Source of the DNA: a virus
IMG/VR virus record: IMGVR_UViG_3300025913_000027
Coordinates: 19,933 to 83,932 of that record
Direction: 5' to 3' (one strand)
DNA length: 64,000 nucleotides
Shown piece after piece: positions 60,970-64,000 of the stretch (its first letter is position 1; each line of letters starts with the position of its first letter). The position numbers and the translations under genes were made by a program. The notes under the pieces are model-generated. The model saw only the letters and a program-made list of their open reading frames with translations, was not told the DNA's origin and did no database searches.

Positions 60970-62100
60970 TCAAACAGTTTTTGGCTTGTTTGTATCCCAC
61001 GCGCACCACGCGGTTGATCCGGGCTTGCGGCGCTCATCGCCGTCGAGATAGATCGGCCACTGGGCCGTGATCCCGCGCTTCGGATGGATGAAAGCCAATG
61101 CTTGCGTCGGCCGCGTCGGACCGGCGCGCAACAGCAGACGGGCGTACTCGTTGTAGCCGATTAGCGAGCCGTTCGCGAGCACCGGCACCGCATCTCCGCG
61201 AGGGATGTACGTGTGATAGTGCCCGATGAGCAGCGTGTCGAAGTCCCGGCCGCACTGAGCCTCGGAGCGGCCGACCTTGATCGCGCCCCGCGCGATGGGG
61301 CCGAGCGCGCCGATGATACCGTCCCCGCCCTTCACGCCGAGCGTATCGCCGTGCGTGAGCATGAAGCGGTGACCGTAGATCGCGAAGTGGGCGTCCACCT
61401 CGTTGGGCACGTGGATCGTGACGCGGGGATCGTCGCGGAACCACTGCTCAAGATGCTGATAGATGACCCACTCCCAACTGTCGAACACGCGGTTCTTCGC
61501 GCGGGGCTTGAGCGTGGTGCGCCCGTGATTGCCCGGCACGCACGGTACGAACACCTTGCCGAACTTGTCGGCGAGCATCGTGATGAAGCCGATGAGCTGT
61601 TCCTCGACCTCGACCACGGACAGCGTCACTGTGCCATCGTTAGTCTCGCGGAGGTCCTCGTGGATGCCGCCCGTGATCATATCTCCGCCTACACAGAAGA
61701 CGACACCCGGATAGGATGGCGAGGTCATATGGTTGAAGCAGAGATCGATCACGGCCTTGCCGAAGGTCTTGACGCGCTCCTTGGCAATCTTACGGTTGAA
61801 CGCATTCATGCCGCCGACCTGATCGGGATCGACTGTCTCGCCCCAGTGCCAGTCCGAAGCGAGGATCAGCGGGACGCCCGTGATCGAGCCCGTCTTGTGA
61901 GGCTGATCGAGCCACTTCGGCGGCTCGCGGGTATAGGCTTCGAGCCCAAAGATTTCCTGTCGCAGGCTCTCCGCCGTGTCATTGGCTTGTGACCGAGCGC
62001 GCAGCTCCTTGTTGAGCGCATTGATTTGCGCTTGCTTATTTCGGATCAAGTCGTTTGCGTCGGCGAGACGTTCGGCGTCGGTCTTTGACGGTTTCGTCAT
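60970..62100 (-). CDS. Calcineurin-like metallophosphoesterase
   Basis: SDWH, GGD, GNHG, THGD, GHYH motifs. Confidence 0.85.
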   Translation of the reverse strand: MTKPSKTDAERLADANDLIRNKQAQINALNKELRARSQANDTAESLRQEIFGLEAYTREPPKWLDQPHKTGSITGVPLILASDWHWGETVDPDQVGGMNAFNRKIAKERVKTFGKAVIDLCFNHMTSPSYPGVVFCVGGDMITGGIHEDLRETNDGTVTLSVVEVEEQLIGFITMLADKFGKVFVPCVPGNHGRTTLKPRAKNRVFDSWEWVIYQHLEQWFRDDPRVTIHVPNEVDAHFAIYGHRFMLTHGDTLGVKGGDGIIGALGPIARGAIKVGRSEAQCGRDFDTLLIGHYHTYIPRGDAVPVLANGSLIGYNEYARLLLRAGPTRPTQALAFIHPKRGITAQWPIYLDGDERRKPGSTAWCAWDTNKPKTV

Positions 62101-62244
62101 GTCTATATTCCCTGTCAGTTGCGCGCCCCTTTGGCGACTGTTGATAGATACGTTTGCGGTCGAGATATTTCGGCGACTGCTGATACTTCCGGCGGCGCTC
62201 AAGCCCCTTCGGTGACCGATTGTAGCGAGTGTGTCTGTCCTCCG

Positions 62245-62664
62245 TCATGCTGGGCGAGTGGGGACGGTAAATTCCAGACGCCGAAGATGGCCTTCGAGCT
62301 TGCGAAGACTTGCTACGGAGGTCCGCTGATCCGGGAATTTCGAACGACAGGCAGCGCCTATGCTGGCGTATTTAAGCCCTGCCCCATTGCGCTGTCGCAG
62401 TAACATGCTGAGCGCATACTCCTGCGCGAGCGCGCGGCGCGAGCGGCGTCGGACCGGCAATCTCTCGCTGCGGTTGAGGACATAAGCCATATCTTGGAGC
62501 CAACGCCGCGAGGTGTTAGCGTGCGGGAAGTGCTTCTTGATCTCGGCAAGGATAGTGCTGTAGTCGTAGCCGATGTTGCGGCCGTAAATATCGACGAAGC
62601 TTACCTTCACGAAATACTCGTGAGCAAACCTCTTGATCGTCATCTTGGGCTGTTTCGAGGGCAT
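62245..62664 (-). CDS. Basic hypothetical protein
   Basis: ATG 62664 next to upstream stop. Confidence 0.6.
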   Translation of the reverse strand: MPSKQPKMTIKRFAHEYFVKVSFVDIYGRNIGYDYSTILAEIKKHFPHANTSRRWLQDMAYVLNRSERLPVRRRSRRALAQEYALSMLLRQRNGAGLKYASIGAACRSKFPDQRTSVASLRKLEGHLRRLEFTVPTRPA

Positions 62665-62665
62665 C

Positions 62666-63103
62666 TTACCAGCCCTCACATGCTCTAAGGAGCACTTCCG
62701 CGAGATTGGCATCGGGCCTGACGACGGACATCTCGGCGAGGACTGCCTCGGGCGCGATGATCTCGTCATATCGATTTCCGCAGATGAGGTAGAGCCGTGC
62801 TGCATGTGCCTCGCCAACCTGTATCAAAACCCAGTGAATGCGGCTGCCCGCTTCTGTCCTCTCGCGGTGCCAGATCGATTGGCTCTCCCGCGTCTTCGAC
62901 CTGATCGCGGTGCCCGCGCGTTTCGGCCGGTCGTTTGATTTCAGTTCGATCCAGCACTGATCGCCGTTGATGACACCCTCGACATCGGGATGGCCCTCTC
63001 CGGCAGCGTTCTCGACGCGACAGAAGTGCGCCCTGTGACCACACGCCCTGAGACGCTTGATCCCCGTGAGGCAGCGCTGCCAGAGTGAACTCTCACGCGC
63101 CAT
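62666..63103 (-). CDS. PD-(D/E)xK nuclease (VRR-NUC/resolvase-like)
   Basis: RVEN..GEGHPDV...WIELK, Q..W. Confidence 0.8.
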   Translation of the reverse strand: MARESSLWQRCLTGIKRLRACGHRAHFCRVENAAGEGHPDVEGVINGDQCWIELKSNDRPKRAGTAIRSKTRESQSIWHRERTEAGSRIHWVLIQVGEAHAARLYLICGNRYDEIIAPEAVLAEMSVVRPDANLAEVLLRACEGW

Positions 63104-63536
63104 AGGAGCCTTTGGGCACTTCGAGCGGCGCTTGCTCGCCGTTCGGGCCGACGAGCGAATTGGTTTCCGGGAAGGCGCGCGGATCGATGACGCCCTCGGG
63201 AAGCTCCAGTCCGTATTTGCGCTCCAGAACTTCTTGACAGAGAGCACCAGCTCGCCAGAACAGCGCAACAGCTTCGAGCGCATCGCCGTCGAGCCCGTTG
63301 TAGTTGGCGAGGTGCCGCATAATACAGTCAGTATGATCCATGCTCTTGCCGCGTGCGTGGTGCAGCGGCTCGCCCGGGTTGTGCTTCTCGTTGCCCTTGA
63401 AAGAGTGCTCGGCAAGCGCCGCAATCGCATCCGGGAAGTATGCCATCACGCCAGAGAACATTGGGACCTTCTTGCGACCCGCGCTGTCGAAGCGGTCGAG
63501 ATATCGGCGGTAGCGAACGATGGGGCTATCAGACAT
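63093..63536 (-). CDS. dATP/dGTP diphosphohydrolase-like (DUF5664) protein
   Basis: RKKVP..SG...YFPDA...S..GN.KH...EPLH..R.KS.DH.D...RHL. Confidence 0.7.
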   Translation of the reverse strand: MSDSPIVRYRRYLDRFDSAGRKKVPMFSGVMAYFPDAIAALAEHSFKGNEKHNPGEPLHHARGKSMDHTDCIMRHLANYNGLDGDALEAVALFWRAGALCQEVLERKYGLELPEGVIDPRAFPETNSLVGPNGEQAPLEVPKGSYGA

Positions 63537-63713
63537 GCGAGATCATCCTCGGGTTGGGGGACTATGGTAAAAATTTTTGCTGGGGGATTTCTAAAGCGCG
63601 TGACGAGCGGGAATTATGGCAATAGGGCGCGGCATGAAAAACTCCCGATGTCAACGGTTGCTACCGGAATTGCCTACACGACGCCGGAAATAAAAGCAAG
63701 AGGGTTAACAAAC

Positions 63714-63743
63714 GAAAAACGCCGCCCCTTGGGACGGCGCTTT
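63714..63743 (-). terminator. Terminator-like hairpin downstream of tRNA cluster
   Basis: CGCCGTCCC-aa-GGGGCGGCG-TTTTT on minus strand. Confidence 0.5.
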
Positions 63744-63878
63744 AGAGGGATGACGGCGACGGGCCTATCGTATAACCGACCCCGGCCCGAGGATTTGTCG
63801 CCGAGCGTAGGGTCCTTAAACAACACCACTCTGCGCGTCATCTGAGTTTGATCGCACACTGCGCGACCGTTGTCAAGA

Positions 63879-63953
63879 TGGCTGGGAGATCAGGGATCGA
63901 ACCTGAGATATACCGATTAACAATCGGCCGCGTCACCACTTCGCCTTCTCCCA
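63879..63953 (-). tRNA. tRNA-Asn (GTT)
   Basis: Acceptor TGGGAGA/TCTCCCA, discriminator G + CCA, anticodon arm GCCGA-TTGTTAA-TCGGT, T-loop TTCGATC. Confidence 0.9.
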
Positions 63954-63980
63954 ATTTGGTGGAGCGCCCGGGTACTGCAT

Positions 63981-64000
63981 TGGTGCCAGCCGAGGGATTT
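63981..64000 (-). tRNA. 3' end of a further tRNA (truncated by window edge; identity unknown)
   Basis: Minus strand ...AAATCCCTCGGCTGGCACCA. Confidence 0.6.

Overview
This 64-kb window is part of a GC-rich tailed phage genome with a siphovirus-like tail. The host is probably an alphaproteobacterium, inferred from promoter style, TTAA/CtrA-like boxes and a tmRNA-like 3' end. Layout: many small accessory ORFs on both strands (1-15.1 kb) around an AT-rich divergent control region (5.2-6.05 kb); a cluster of small modular genes (15.2-20.1 kb); packaging and head genes (terS, terL, HNH, portal, scaffold, collagen-like fibre, GT4 glycosyltransferase, major capsid); neck and tail genes (34-48.8 kb); a sugar-nucleotide/glycosyltransferase block (gmd, fcl-like, GT-like genes, 48.8-55.1 kb); lysis genes (GH108 endolysin, membrane proteins); a structured ~470-nt non-coding segment; leftward DNA-metabolism genes; and the edge of a tRNA cluster (tRNA-Asn). 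The most striking signal is that ten otherwise unrelated proteins share an N-terminal leader M(x)KD(A/P)xGHGSN. The leader is conserved through synonymous codon changes and is fused to diverse cargo: two ADP-ribosyltransferase-like domains, a ParB/Srx domain, a possible SAM-lyase-like domain and others. Eight copies are clustered and two are inserted in the tail operon. This is a candidate leader-addressed, swappable effector packaging or delivery system. Other candidates: a virion glycosylation pathway with an atypical Fcl, a scaffold-like anchor possibly frameshift-fused to a collagen fibre, and a large ncRNA. All family calls come from reading motifs by eye; no searches were run.
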